Positions 11,110-20,319 of a stretch of DNA of 64,000 bases are shown piece after piece. The number at the start of each line of letters is the position of its first letter. The first letter of the stretch is position 1. Both the position numbers and the translations under genes were made by a program. Source of the stretch: Rubripirellula sp. (lineage in GTDB: Bacteria > Planctomycetota > Planctomycetia > Pirellulales > Pirellulaceae); the NCBI GenBank assembly GCA_965216875.1, contig OZ244207.1, forward strand, positions 2,048,001-2,112,000, given 5' to 3'. The notes under the pieces are model-generated. The model did no database searches, was not told the DNA's origin, and saw nothing but the letters and a program-made list of their open reading frames with translations.

Positions 11110-12005
11110 CGCAACCGCCTCCTGAGCGCCAGGTACTCATGCAAGGCTTCGGCAAGTGGCCGGTCGGTTGTCATCGGTATATGGTCAACGCGGTGTTTGC
11201 GACACGACTCACGCAGCTGACTTTGGTGCTGTTCGAGACGTTCCAAATAGGCGTCCCGTAGCGATCGCGTGTCGACCACTTGTTCGTTGGCTGTGTTTTC
11301 GAGATCTCGGAATTGAACCCGTCCCGTAAAAGGAAAATCGACTTCGTCCTGATCCAGAATCTGGAAAAACAAGACCTCGTGGTTTTGCGACCGAAACTGA
11401 GAGAGCGACCGACTGATCGAGGATACATCGCCCATTGCATCCGAGATGATGATCAACAAACCGCGACGACCAAGCGTTGGCGCAATCTTTCCGAAAACGC
11501 CGCCCAAATCGGTCTCTCGTCGCGAGACGTCCTTTGCCAGTGCCGTCATCATCGCCCGCAGGTGCGACGGCCTTGCCTTGACTGGCAAACGATCACGAGG
11601 CTCGTCGTCAAACGTGACCAGTCCGACGGCGTCCTGTTGACTCAGCATCAAGTAAGTCAGCGACGCGGCAAGCTGTTGGGCATAGTCAAACTTGCTCTGC
11701 TCGCTTTTGGTTCCTTGGTACCGCATCGACCCGCTTCGATCGAAGATCACTGTACAGCGAAGATTGGTTTCCTCTTCGTATTCGCGAATGTACAGTCGGT
11801 CACTCTTGGCAAAGACCTTCCAATCGATGTTGCTGATTTCGTCGCCGCGTACGTATTGCCGATGCTCCTTGAACTCGACGCTAAATCCTTTGTGCGGTGA
11901 GCGATGTTTTCCGCTACAAAACCCTTCGACCACCTGGCGCGCAAGCAGCTGCAACTTGGCAACCCGAGACAAATCCTTTGGACTCAGCAGGTCGTGAATT
12001 CGCAT
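11106..12005 (-). CDS. DUF58 family vWA-like protein
   Basis: GKHRSPHKGFSVEFKEHRQYVRGD...IDWKVFAKSDRLYIREYEEETN, DRSGSM. Confidence 0.95.
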   Translation of the reverse strand: MRIHDLLSPKDLSRVAKLQLLARQVVEGFCSGKHRSPHKGFSVEFKEHRQYVRGDEISNIDWKVFAKSDRLYIREYEEETNLRCTVIFDRSGSMRYQGTKSEQSKFDYAQQLAASLTYLMLSQQDAVGLVTFDDEPRDRLPVKARPSHLRAMMTALAKDVSRRETDLGGVFGKIAPTLGRRGLLIIISDAMGDVSSISRSLSQFRSQNHEVLFFQILDQDEVDFPFTGRVQFRDLENTANEQVVDTRSLRDAYLERLEQHQSQLRESCRKHRVDHIPMTTDRPLAEALHEYLALRRRLR

Positions 12006-12239
12006 AGAGCAGGCGCTGGCGCAAAAGGAGGGAGAGCAGGAGCGTGGCGGGATGGACTAAAGTATATCCAGATCTCGATAGCTTGCTGCTTGCCAGGAGC
12101 TCAGAAACAGCGAAACTTGCGGGTAAAAGCGCCTACCCCGATCGTTTCCTGTGCCAAATCTCCACATGTCGTTGCAGCAAGGCATTTCCACTTTGAACGG
12201 CATGCCATATCGCCTTAACCCAAAAAAGTTGTGCAAAGC

Positions 12240-12674
12240 ATGCGATTTCCAAATCTCGCGATCACCTCAACGCTCCTCGCTCCGATGGTTCTCGGCACGA
12301 TCGGCTGCAACGCCGAAGCCGAAGCAAAGGTCGCTTTGAGAAAGGCAAACTTAGTGACCATCGGCTCAGCCTATGAGGGGTTCGTCCAGGCAAACTCCGC
12401 AGCGCCGCAAAGCGAAGAAGAGTTCATCAGCTATTTGCAAGAGAGTCATCCCGACAAGGAAGCGGCCGATGAAGCCGTTGCAAGCTTGCAAGAAGGGAAC
12501 ATCATCGTCATCTGGAAGGGAACCTGGCCGGAGAATGCGGCGCAGTCCTCGACGATCGTTGCGTTTGAGGCAAACGTGCCCGGAAGCGGCGGGTATGCCG
12601 TCACCGCCGCCGGTCAAGTCGAACTGGTGACCGCGGGTGCGTTCGCTGAACGCGAGACGCTGGCAACCAAATGA
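12240..12674 (+). CDS. Small putative lipoprotein, planctomycete-type hypothetical
   Basis: ATG at 12240; signal peptide ending in GTIGC lipobox; VAFEANVPGSGGYAV motif. Confidence 0.7.
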   Translation: MRFPNLAITSTLLAPMVLGTIGCNAEAEAKVALRKANLVTIGSAYEGFVQANSAAPQSEEEFISYLQESHPDKEAADEAVASLQEGNIIVIWKGTWPENAAQSSTIVAFEANVPGSGGYAVTAAGQVELVTAGAFAERETLATK

Positions 12675-12690
12675 CGTGCGCTCCAACAAT

Positions 12691-12714
12691 CACCCTCCCG
12701 CTTGCGGGAGGGTG
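12691..12714. repeat. GC-rich perfect hairpin between convergent genes (REP-like and/or terminator)
   Basis: CACCCTCCCGC-TT-GCGGGAGGGTG, 11-bp inverted repeat. Confidence 0.7.
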
Positions 12715-12766
12715 TTAATACACGGAGTTTCGAAGCCTAGTGGAAGCGCAATCGCAACCTGCAGCG

Positions 12767-15391
12767 TTAACGGCGTTTTAGATCTTCTTCCCGAGTCGCT
12801 TGCCAGACTTTGTACGTGTCGGACTTTTCAAAGTCTTCAAATCCGAAGCGTTTGCGTTGGCTCGGAATCGGAACTTCATCGATGAGTTTGCCGAGGAGCG
12901 ACAGAGACCGGACGGCTTCGACATGATCGCCAGATGCAATTGCGATCGTGAACTTGTCATCAAACGATTCGACCAACCCGACGTCTTTGGGGTCGGCTCG
13001 CAGCGTGAGCGCGACAGCCTCGTCGATTTGACCGAGCTTCACCAGCATCACGCCAACACGGAGGTCAAGAAACCCGTCTCCGTGCGTCCACTGTTTCAAC
13101 GCCAGGTGATACTTGCTCAACAGCTCTGCGTTTTCGAGCGCGTGTCGCGATTGGATGCCGTGGATGCCGAAAAAGGCTGGTGCCCCATGATGGGCAAGGT
13201 GCCATCGCAACAATTGCATCCGCTTCGACTCGGTCAAGTTCAAGGTCAACGCCAAACGCAGCGGTGCGTGTGCGAGCTGAACGTGATCGGGCACGGAGTC
13301 ATAAGCTTTTGCAAATCGTTCTGGATCACTCAAGTAGGCGAGGATCAACTGTTCCTGCATCTTGAGTGAATCGACCGCAAAGGCGGTCCGCTCGGGCAAC
13401 GCGTCGTGTCCGACGGTACGTGCGTATTGAAGAATCGCTTGATGTGCGGCCTTCCACGCCACGCTCGAGGCGTCGGCTGCGGAGTAGATTTCGGTGGCAA
13501 CGACCTTCTCGCCCGATCGAGCAAGAGTGACTTGGTGATAGTTCAATTCATCGCCAAGCGATCGAAACACAAGCACAGGCCGTGTTGGATCGTCAGTTTT
13601 CATCGTCGCTAATCGATAGGCGACCGATTCGCCCGTTTCGACGCCCCGAATCGTTTCCTTCACGTCATGTTCGGTTTTGATGTGGCGAAAGACTTCCGCT
13701 GTCACCAAGCGATCGACGAGCTCGCGGCACCCCTGTTCCAATACAGACTCCCAGTCGACCATCGATTCGATCGCTGCGGAGTCTCCTTTTTCGATCGCGT
13801 CTTCCCAAGCGTTGCTCCATGCCTCGACCTCAGAGGGTTCAATCGGCAGTGCGTCCCGGTATTGGTTGCTTGGCAAAACGGCCAGACGCGACGTGATGGC
13901 TTCTTCCCAAGACTTGTGGGCTTCAGACGCCAGATAGTCCTCGGCACCCGCGACGGCGCTTAGATCGGCTTCGAGGTGATGCTCGTCCCCTAGCACGACG
14001 AGTTGGCGTGTCGCTTCGGCATAGTCGCCGATCGCGATCGCCAGTTGAATCTTTAGCAGCACTGCATCGACACCGGTTACAGTATCAAGATCGACACCTG
14101 CGATCATTTGCTTTGCCTGCTCGAAGGATTCTACTTCTGCGAGTTCGGCTGCAAGCACGAGGTTCAAGTAGGGATCGCCGCCAAGCCATTGTTGAAGTTC
14201 GTTTCCAGAATTCAGAATGAGTGTTTCATCGGCAAGCAGCACGCCCATGTCGAGCCCGCGTAGTGCCAGTGAGTGACGGGGAAAGTCGGTCGCGGCCAGC
14301 TTCTCGTAGGTTTCCAGCGATTCATCGGTTAGACCACGTGACTGGCAAATCTCAAGCCAGCGTGAGAGTCCGGCAGCGGTCTGCTTGGTCTCGTCGCTCA
14401 TTCGCGAAAACATCTCGGCGGCGCCCTCGACATCGCCGCGGCCAAGCAGTGACCAAACGGCGACCAGTTTGTCGGCGTCTTCCGCGTTCTCCAACATCTC
14501 AGGAGGAAGCTTTTCTCGCATTTCCGGATCGCGCGAAAGGAGCGCCGCAAAAACACGGCTATAGGCATCGCGCACCTTGACGCCGCGTTGCAACAAGAAC
14601 ATGGAGTCGAGTTTGACCTCGCCGTCTGCACGAACCAACTTGATCTCGTGATAGTCCAGACCACGCGCAAAGAGAGCTCGCATCACGATGTAGGTTTCAT
14701 CGCCGCGTTGTTGACTGCGCACAAATTCGTAATGTCCACCTGCGACTTCACGACTGAGCGCCGTGATCAGGCCGCGCGGTACCGCTTCGTAAATGACAGG
14801 CCGACCAATCAGATCGGCGATTGCCGCATCGTCTGAGAGCGTGGATGCAAATTCACGTCCAATTTCCTTCCAACGCCCCATCGCGATTGCGGCGTCCGTG
14901 TCGTTGTCGCTTACGGCTTTGGACCACCGAACTGCGAATGCTTCCGCTTCTTCGTCGGTGATTGGTGCGAGCGAATCGACTTCAGGTTTCGCGACTGTCG
15001 TTTCAGGAGGTGGCGGTGTTGATCCTGGAAGCCGCGGCATCTCGAACGCTGTGCCAGAAACGCTCGGTTGCACGTCGCTTGAAGTGTGTGAAGTAGATGC
15101 GGGCACCTGTTGCGGCTGAGCGACAAAGCTTGGCGTCCCGGTTGGCCGGCTGTTGCGATCACTTAGTCGGTTCGTCACAGCGCCCGTGCCTTGGACGCTG
15201 TCGTTTTGTAGTGTTGCCCGTTTGCCGGTCGGCGAGGGAGCAGGCAGTTCTTGTTGAGGAGACGGCGCTGACGGTTCAGCCAACTGCGGCGAAGGATCGC
15301 TTGTCAGCGCACTGTACGGCCGTTCCGAACGGCAGCCGATCGCACAGAGCAATGTGATCGCTACTAAGACTTTCAATCGATCCCCAAACAT
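12767..15391 (-). CDS. Putative lipoprotein with P/S/T-rich linker and an internally duplicated alpha/beta + TPR-like module
   Basis: Lipobox LCAIGC; low-complexity linker; two recognisably homologous halves. Confidence 0.8.
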   Translation of the reverse strand: MFGDRLKVLVAITLLCAIGCRSERPYSALTSDPSPQLAEPSAPSPQQELPAPSPTGKRATLQNDSVQGTGAVTNRLSDRNSRPTGTPSFVAQPQQVPASTSHTSSDVQPSVSGTAFEMPRLPGSTPPPPETTVAKPEVDSLAPITDEEAEAFAVRWSKAVSDNDTDAAIAMGRWKEIGREFASTLSDDAAIADLIGRPVIYEAVPRGLITALSREVAGGHYEFVRSQQRGDETYIVMRALFARGLDYHEIKLVRADGEVKLDSMFLLQRGVKVRDAYSRVFAALLSRDPEMREKLPPEMLENAEDADKLVAVWSLLGRGDVEGAAEMFSRMSDETKQTAAGLSRWLEICQSRGLTDESLETYEKLAATDFPRHSLALRGLDMGVLLADETLILNSGNELQQWLGGDPYLNLVLAAELAEVESFEQAKQMIAGVDLDTVTGVDAVLLKIQLAIAIGDYAEATRQLVVLGDEHHLEADLSAVAGAEDYLASEAHKSWEEAITSRLAVLPSNQYRDALPIEPSEVEAWSNAWEDAIEKGDSAAIESMVDWESVLEQGCRELVDRLVTAEVFRHIKTEHDVKETIRGVETGESVAYRLATMKTDDPTRPVLVFRSLGDELNYHQVTLARSGEKVVATEIYSAADASSVAWKAAHQAILQYARTVGHDALPERTAFAVDSLKMQEQLILAYLSDPERFAKAYDSVPDHVQLAHAPLRLALTLNLTESKRMQLLRWHLAHHGAPAFFGIHGIQSRHALENAELLSKYHLALKQWTHGDGFLDLRVGVMLVKLGQIDEAVALTLRADPKDVGLVESFDDKFTIAIASGDHVEAVRSLSLLGKLIDEVPIPSQRKRFGFEDFEKSDTYKVWQATREEDLKRR

Positions 15392-15619
15392 CCCTAGCCT
15401 TCCAAACGCCTAACCACGTGAGCCAATACAGAGGAATTTTGCTCTGGAATACCCGTTTTGTTCGGTTGAATGCGAGGCCAATTGCGGAGTCGCGCCGATG
15501 GTGGGAACCCGTTGAAGGGCGTTTCCGGCCGGGTTTGGGCCCCTTTTGGGAGAAATCGCGAAGACCTACGATTTGAGCAATCGGCGCAAGTTCCCCATCT
15601 CACCACAGCGAGCATTCCC

Positions 15620-16717
15620 TTGTCTCTGACTGACCGCCTTCATCGTTTTGCATCACGATTGATCGACCAAGAGCGGGCCAAGGTCGTTGTGCCACCGAAT
15701 GATCATTCGACCGGTTTCTGGTTTGGCGGTGGCAACATGATCGAGGATTCGTCGGGCGTTTTCTGGCTGGTCGGTCGCTACCGAAACCACGGCGACTCTC
15801 GGACCGGTTTGGGAATGGGCGAACGAGGGCTTGAGTTGGCGATCCTCCGCAGCGAGGACCGAGGGACAAGCTTTGAGAAGGTCGTCAGCTTTCCCAAAAG
15901 CGAGCTCGGTGTGGGTGACCGCGACGTCCTTTCGATCGAAGGCTGCGCACTTCGTCACTCTAGCCGAGGCATTGAGCTCTACGTTTCGACCGAAAAATCA
16001 GGCATCGGTTATCCCGAAGGGCTTGAATCCTACCTGAAGCCTGGAACGGGCATCTGGACCATCGAGCGGATCGAAGCTGCCAGTCCAGCCGAACTCGCCA
16101 CGACGAACATCAAAACGATCCTGGAAGCACACGATCCGCAATATGTGCATGTGAAGGACCCCTTCGTTGCAAACCTCGCCGGGCAAGATTATCTGTTGTT
16201 CTGTTCGCATCCGTTTAGCTGGAGCAGTTCGAATACCGCGTATGTGCCAATTGACGACAATGGACCACAGCAAGAGCCTTGCTTCGACTTTTTTCCACGC
16301 GGGTTTACCTGGGATGTAGCGATCACTCGGGGGACCGCGATCGTCTCATTGCCGGCCAGCTTGGTTCAATCCGACGACGGACAGCCCGTTCACTTGATGT
16401 TTTATGACGGCGGGGAGTCGCTGCGCAATCTCGACGAACACAAGTCGGCGGTCTCGAGACCGCGCGGATATTCTTGCGAAGAACTCGGCGGACTCGCGAT
16501 GATCACCGGCAACGACATCAACAGCATTCAACGGATTTCAACGAACCTGCCGAGTTTCATCTCGCCCTACGGGACGGGCTGCAGCCGATACGTTGATGTG
16601 CTCGTTAGTGAGGACGGGTTCTATGCGACATGGCAGCAATCGCAAGATGACCTGTCGCAGCCATTGGTCATGAACCATCTTTCAATGGAAGAGGCGCGCG
16701 ACCTTCTTGCCTCGTGA
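15620..16717 (+). CDS. Beta-propeller glycoside-hydrolase/sialidase-like protein
   Basis: Probable TTG start at 15620 (ORF open from 15470); Asp-box SEDRGTSF, HVKDPFV, SRYVDV motifs. Confidence 0.7.
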   Translation: MSLTDRLHRFASRLIDQERAKVVVPPNDHSTGFWFGGGNMIEDSSGVFWLVGRYRNHGDSRTGLGMGERGLELAILRSEDRGTSFEKVVSFPKSELGVGDRDVLSIEGCALRHSSRGIELYVSTEKSGIGYPEGLESYLKPGTGIWTIERIEAASPAELATTNIKTILEAHDPQYVHVKDPFVANLAGQDYLLFCSHPFSWSSSNTAYVPIDDNGPQQEPCFDFFPRGFTWDVAITRGTAIVSLPASLVQSDDGQPVHLMFYDGGESLRNLDEHKSAVSRPRGYSCEELGGLAMITGNDINSIQRISTNLPSFISPYGTGCSRYVDVLVSEDGFYATWQQSQDDLSQPLVMNHLSMEEARDLLAS

Positions 16718-16744
16718 CGGCCGTTGCGATAGTCAACCACCGGC

Positions 16745-17071
16745 CGTAGCTACCTTCGCCAGAAGGTGGTTTGTGCTGAGTAACCGTTGTCCATCACCCC
16801 ACACTCTGGCGAGTGCATCTACGTTGTTCGCGCCGTTTGTAGTAGAGCCTTTAGGCGGTCGTGGGCAGTTGCCTCGTTACCACGCTCTGCGTGGTAACGG
16901 ACACACGGGACGCTCCGCGTCCCCGATCTTCTTGGCGAGAAGATTCCGGCTAAAGCTCGGTACTACGAACGGTGGCAACTCTGGATCAACGACGTAGCTA
17001 CCTTCGCCAGAAGGTGGTTTGTGCTGAGTAACCGTTGTCCATCACCCCACGCTCTGGCGAGCGTAGCTACG
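16745..17071. repeat. Composite REP/REPIN (BIME-like) cluster
   Basis: Near-identical 79-bp REP doublets at 16745-16823 and 16993-17071 (GTAGCTACCTTCGCCAGAAGGTGG...CCACGCTCTGGCGAGCGTAGCTAC), flanking a second inverted pair (16835-16858 / 16940-16970) and palindromes at 16875-16899 and 16907-16923. Confidence 0.9.
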
Positions 17072-17774
17072 GCGTAAGCTGTTCTTCTAGACGCACCAAC
17101 AAGGACTCGTGCGCTACTTGTGAGAGTGGTGCTTGTGCGAGTTGAAACAGATCTGGCTTTCGCCACTTGACCAGGTTTCTGCGAAACGCGGCCAGTGTGT
17201 CGTCGTGGATCGAATTTGCGGCCAGCATCGCCAAATCGTTGTGCATGGACTCCGGGAGGAAAACAGCCGACGAGAAAAGCAACGCACGGAAATCGTCAGC
17301 GCGTCGGTCGTCCAGACGCATCGCTTCGAGATGAGCTGTGTCAAAGTCGAACCAGCAGGCCTCGTTGGTCGCCATGTCAATCGCGACGTTAATGGCGGTG
17401 GCGTCACCATGGCTCGACGGTTCCCGCGATCCACCATGGTGAAGCATGCTCAACGCGTCGATAGCGAGTCGGATCGCTTTGAGTCTATGTGCACTGTCGT
17501 TGGTTCGTTCGAGAAACTTCGCGAGAAGCACTGCGTTGGGAAAACTGGGCGAAACGACGTCACCCTCTTCCACAGTCGCTTGTCCCATCCGCTGCTCTCG
17601 GGTTTGCCATTGCTGCGCCGTGAGAATGCGAACCTTGCATCCCGCTACTGCGAGAAAGAGATTGGCGCAGAAGACACCGACGGGCGCGAGTCGTGTTCGC
17701 CTCTTGCGATAAACAACGCCGCCATTCGCTTCCTCCTTTATCACGCGGTTCAATCGCACACGTGCCAGTCGCAT
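17067..17774 (-). CDS. Protein-kinase-like fold phosphotransferase (Kdo/RIO/APH-like), hypothetical
   Basis: SHGDATAINVAID (HxDxxxxN catalytic loop) and WFDFD (DFG-equivalent); start ATG 17774 or GTG 17822. Confidence 0.65.
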   Translation of the reverse strand: MRLARVRLNRVIKEEANGGVVYRKRRTRLAPVGVFCANLFLAVAGCKVRILTAQQWQTREQRMGQATVEEGDVVSPSFPNAVLLAKFLERTNDSAHRLKAIRLAIDALSMLHHGGSREPSSHGDATAINVAIDMATNEACWFDFDTAHLEAMRLDDRRADDFRALLFSSAVFLPESMHNDLAMLAANSIHDDTLAAFRRNLVKWRKPDLFQLAQAPLSQVAHESLLVRLEEQLTP

Positions 17775-17839
17775 TGCGAGAGCGCGTTTGAATCCGAACG
17801 GTATTGAAATCGAAAACGTCACCGACCGCCCCTTTCGGC

Positions 17840-18595
17840 TCAGCGGATTGTGTCGGTGTAGTGGATTCGCCCGCTTTGGTGCACGATTGCCCAAACGTAC
17901 TTCAAGAAGGTTTGGGTGTAGCCGAAGGGCAAGCGGTCCATACGACGGCTTGAGGATCGCGCGACGATGCTGCGGTCGTAGATCACTGAACGAGGCGATT
18001 CACGGTAGAGTCCCGCGAGGATGGGCCATTCTTCGCCGATTGCTACCTGTTCGTCGAACGGTCCGTGACGGTCAAACGTTTCGGCAGTGCAGAACATTAA
18101 CGCGGGCATTGCTTTGGCTCGAGCGAGCGGCAGCAGTCGAACCAGATTCCAGAACCGCCACCAGAGTGCGGAGCGAACTCCACCATCAAGTGATCCGAGG
18201 CTTGTGATCCCGGCGACCATCTGGCGTCCTTGGCAGTGGTTTGCGATTTGCGTGATGGAATCTTCCGGGATGGTTGTGTCGGCGTCAACGAAGATCAAGA
18301 CGCGTCCGCTGGCCTGGTGGCGTCCCCGATTCCGGGCACGCGCCGCACCCAGTTCGTCGCGCGAGACCGTAATCACCTCCGACATTGCGTTGTATCGTTC
18401 GAGGATATCGCTTGTTCCATCAGTGCTTGCGTTGTCGACTAGCACAAGCTCCCAGGAACGGTTCGGGGACAACGATTCCTCGGGTGTGAATCCGTTCGAT
18501 TGACGGAAATGCCTGCCCGCCGCAATCACGGAATCAACCGTCTGGCCAATCAGACGTTTTTCGTTCCGAACAGGAATGATGATCGAAACTTCCAT
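17840..18595 (-). CDS. Glycosyltransferase family 2
   Basis: SIIIPVRNE, VDNASTDGT, ARNRG, FVDADT (DxD), late SSSRR motif. Confidence 0.93.
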   Translation of the reverse strand: MEVSIIIPVRNEKRLIGQTVDSVIAAGRHFRQSNGFTPEESLSPNRSWELVLVDNASTDGTSDILERYNAMSEVITVSRDELGAARARNRGRHQASGRVLIFVDADTTIPEDSITQIANHCQGRQMVAGITSLGSLDGGVRSALWWRFWNLVRLLPLARAKAMPALMFCTAETFDRHGPFDEQVAIGEEWPILAGLYRESPRSVIYDRSIVARSSSRRMDRLPFGYTQTFLKYVWAIVHQSGRIHYTDTIR

Positions 18596-19219
18596 CTAAT
18601 TTCCCGTTTCATCGGCTTCGAGCACGTAAAGGTCGCGGCTGATATGCCGGCACAGGAGCGAAGGTTCTGCTCGCGTTTCGACAACGTTCAGCCTAGCCGA
18701 ACGAAACAATTCAAGGAGGTCTTTGCGTGTGAAGTAAGTGGCCGGGTGGAGCGTGCACTCTTGAGCCGAGATGAGTCCGGCAAGTTTGGCGGCATAGTAC
18801 CCGAAGCTGCCACAGAAGAACTCTTGGACTTTCAATAGCTGCCGCGCGATCGAGCCATTGTAGGTCGACTGAAGCACGATGATCTGGCCACTGCACAACC
18901 GTCTGGCCTCGACGAGCAACGATTCGGCATCGTTCAGATAGTGAAGCACGTATAGCAAAAGGACCGCTGACTGCGTGTTCGAGTCTCGGCCGATTGCAAC
19001 ATCATCGATAAGAGTGGGCCCCGGACCAACCCAGTGTAAATCAGCCACGTCGAATTCAGCCACATTGCACGCCGTCTGTTGGCGAATCAAGTCCGCATTG
19101 TGACCAGTGCCCGAGCCGATATCGCTAATCTCTCCCGAGACGGGCAGAAACTCGTCGATCCGACGGAGGACTCGCCGAGCGCGTCGCGACATAACGAGGT
19201 TTGCAAGGCGGATAAGCAC
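18596..19219 (-). CDS. Class I SAM-dependent methyltransferase
   Basis: DIGSGTG motif I; LLYVLHYL; stop abuts the GT2 start. Confidence 0.85.
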   Translation of the reverse strand: MLIRLANLVMSRRARRVLRRIDEFLPVSGEISDIGSGTGHNADLIRQQTACNVAEFDVADLHWVGPGPTLIDDVAIGRDSNTQSAVLLLYVLHYLNDAESLLVEARRLCSGQIIVLQSTYNGSIARQLLKVQEFFCGSFGYYAAKLAGLISAQECTLHPATYFTRKDLLELFRSARLNVVETRAEPSLLCRHISRDLYVLEADETGN

Positions 19220-19234
19220 AGTGGAAATGCAGTT

Positions 19235-19939
19235 CTACGTGGGTGGTTTTGCAAGGTCACAAGGAAGCGTTGCCGTGTAGCCTGATTCGAGTAATCGTTG
19301 CAGAAGTCTCGAGATGGCTGGCAAGTAGCCGCGTTTTACATCAAGGGGATGGATTGCAGTCGAGGGAACGCGGTTTCGGTTGGACCATTGTGCGACTTCG
19401 CCAAGCCAAGCACCAGGTCGGGACGCCCAAGAGACCCATCCCCAGTCGAAGGAACGTGTGGCGAGTCTCTCGAGCAATGCTCCAGTATGGCAGCACTCGA
19501 TGCGACCGAAGCGAATCAAATAGTCGAATCCGTCAAGTGTCGTCGGGTCAACATTGAGTTGCCAGGCTGGTGGCAACAGTCCTGCAGACCGAACGCCTAC
19601 GATTGATTCGAAGCACTCTTGGGCTTGGTCAAGTGTTGGTTGGAGTTCTTTGAGGTTCATCCCGCCGAGTTCATCTGATCGGCGGGTCAGCAAGGAAACG
19701 AGTCGCGGGCGATGCTCGCGAAAGTGCGTGAGGCCATGAAGCAGCGACTCACCAGACTCGGTGATCAGACGATCGATGGTTCCATTCTTCTTCCAAGGCT
19801 CGCCATGCCACTTGGGAACGATCGCGCAGGCAAATCGATCGTCGAGTATCGGTTGGATCGCCTTATGGATTTGCGCAAGCTCGTCGGTGAAACGTGGTGT
19901 GACGTCATGAATGATGACCGTGAAAGGGCGGCTTACCAT
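19235..19939 (-). CDS. DUF2334 / NodB-type polysaccharide deacetylase family protein
   Basis: IIHDVTP, IVP, LHGLTH, PPAW, AIHPLD motifs; likely ATG at 19939. Confidence 0.85.
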   Translation of the reverse strand: MVSRPFTVIIHDVTPRFTDELAQIHKAIQPILDDRFACAIVPKWHGEPWKKNGTIDRLITESGESLLHGLTHFREHRPRLVSLLTRRSDELGGMNLKELQPTLDQAQECFESIVGVRSAGLLPPAWQLNVDPTTLDGFDYLIRFGRIECCHTGALLERLATRSFDWGWVSWASRPGAWLGEVAQWSNRNRVPSTAIHPLDVKRGYLPAISRLLQRLLESGYTATLPCDLAKPPT

Positions 19940-19959
19940 CGAATGCACCTTATCGACGG

Positions 19960-20319
19960 CTACCAAGGAACGGGCGCAGGTTCGTCCAGTAGCGAGAGTT
20001 TCTCGAGACACAGGTCGTGGACCCAGGCCGCCGAACCCAGCGAGACGGGTTTGTTGATTGGCGGAAGTGAGGGGAAATGCAAAGTGAGTTTCGCCGCTGT
20101 CCGTTTGTCAGGCCGTGTGAGTTTCGCACAGAGCGGGCACTTCTGAGATGCGAACGAGACGCGGTCGATGTATTCGACTGGGATTTCGGAAAGGGTGACG
20201 CGGTGGATGTCAGCAGACACCATGTCTTCGTCAAAGACGAGCGTCAAGAAGTTGTGACGCCAACGCTCGACCAAGTAATTTGGCATTGATGACCAGCGAA
20301 GCTCCCAATCATCGTTCAT
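19960..20319 (-). CDS. Small hypothetical protein, possible Zn-binding (CxxC...HxxC)
   Basis: ATGA overlap with the CYTH stop; CPLC and WVHDLC; fills the gap between neighbouring genes. Confidence 0.55.
   Translation of the reverse strand: MNDDWELRWSSMPNYLVERWRHNFLTLVFDEDMVSADIHRVTLSEIPVEYIDRVSFASQKCPLCAKLTRPDKRTAAKLTLHFPSLPPINKPVSLGSAAWVHDLCLEKLSLLDEPAPVPW

Noticed and set aside
16745..17071. Possible CRISPR array (repeats with spacers)
   Set aside because: Units are inverted pairs with identical spacers and irregular spacing, there are no cas genes, and copies are dispersed; this fits REP/REPIN.
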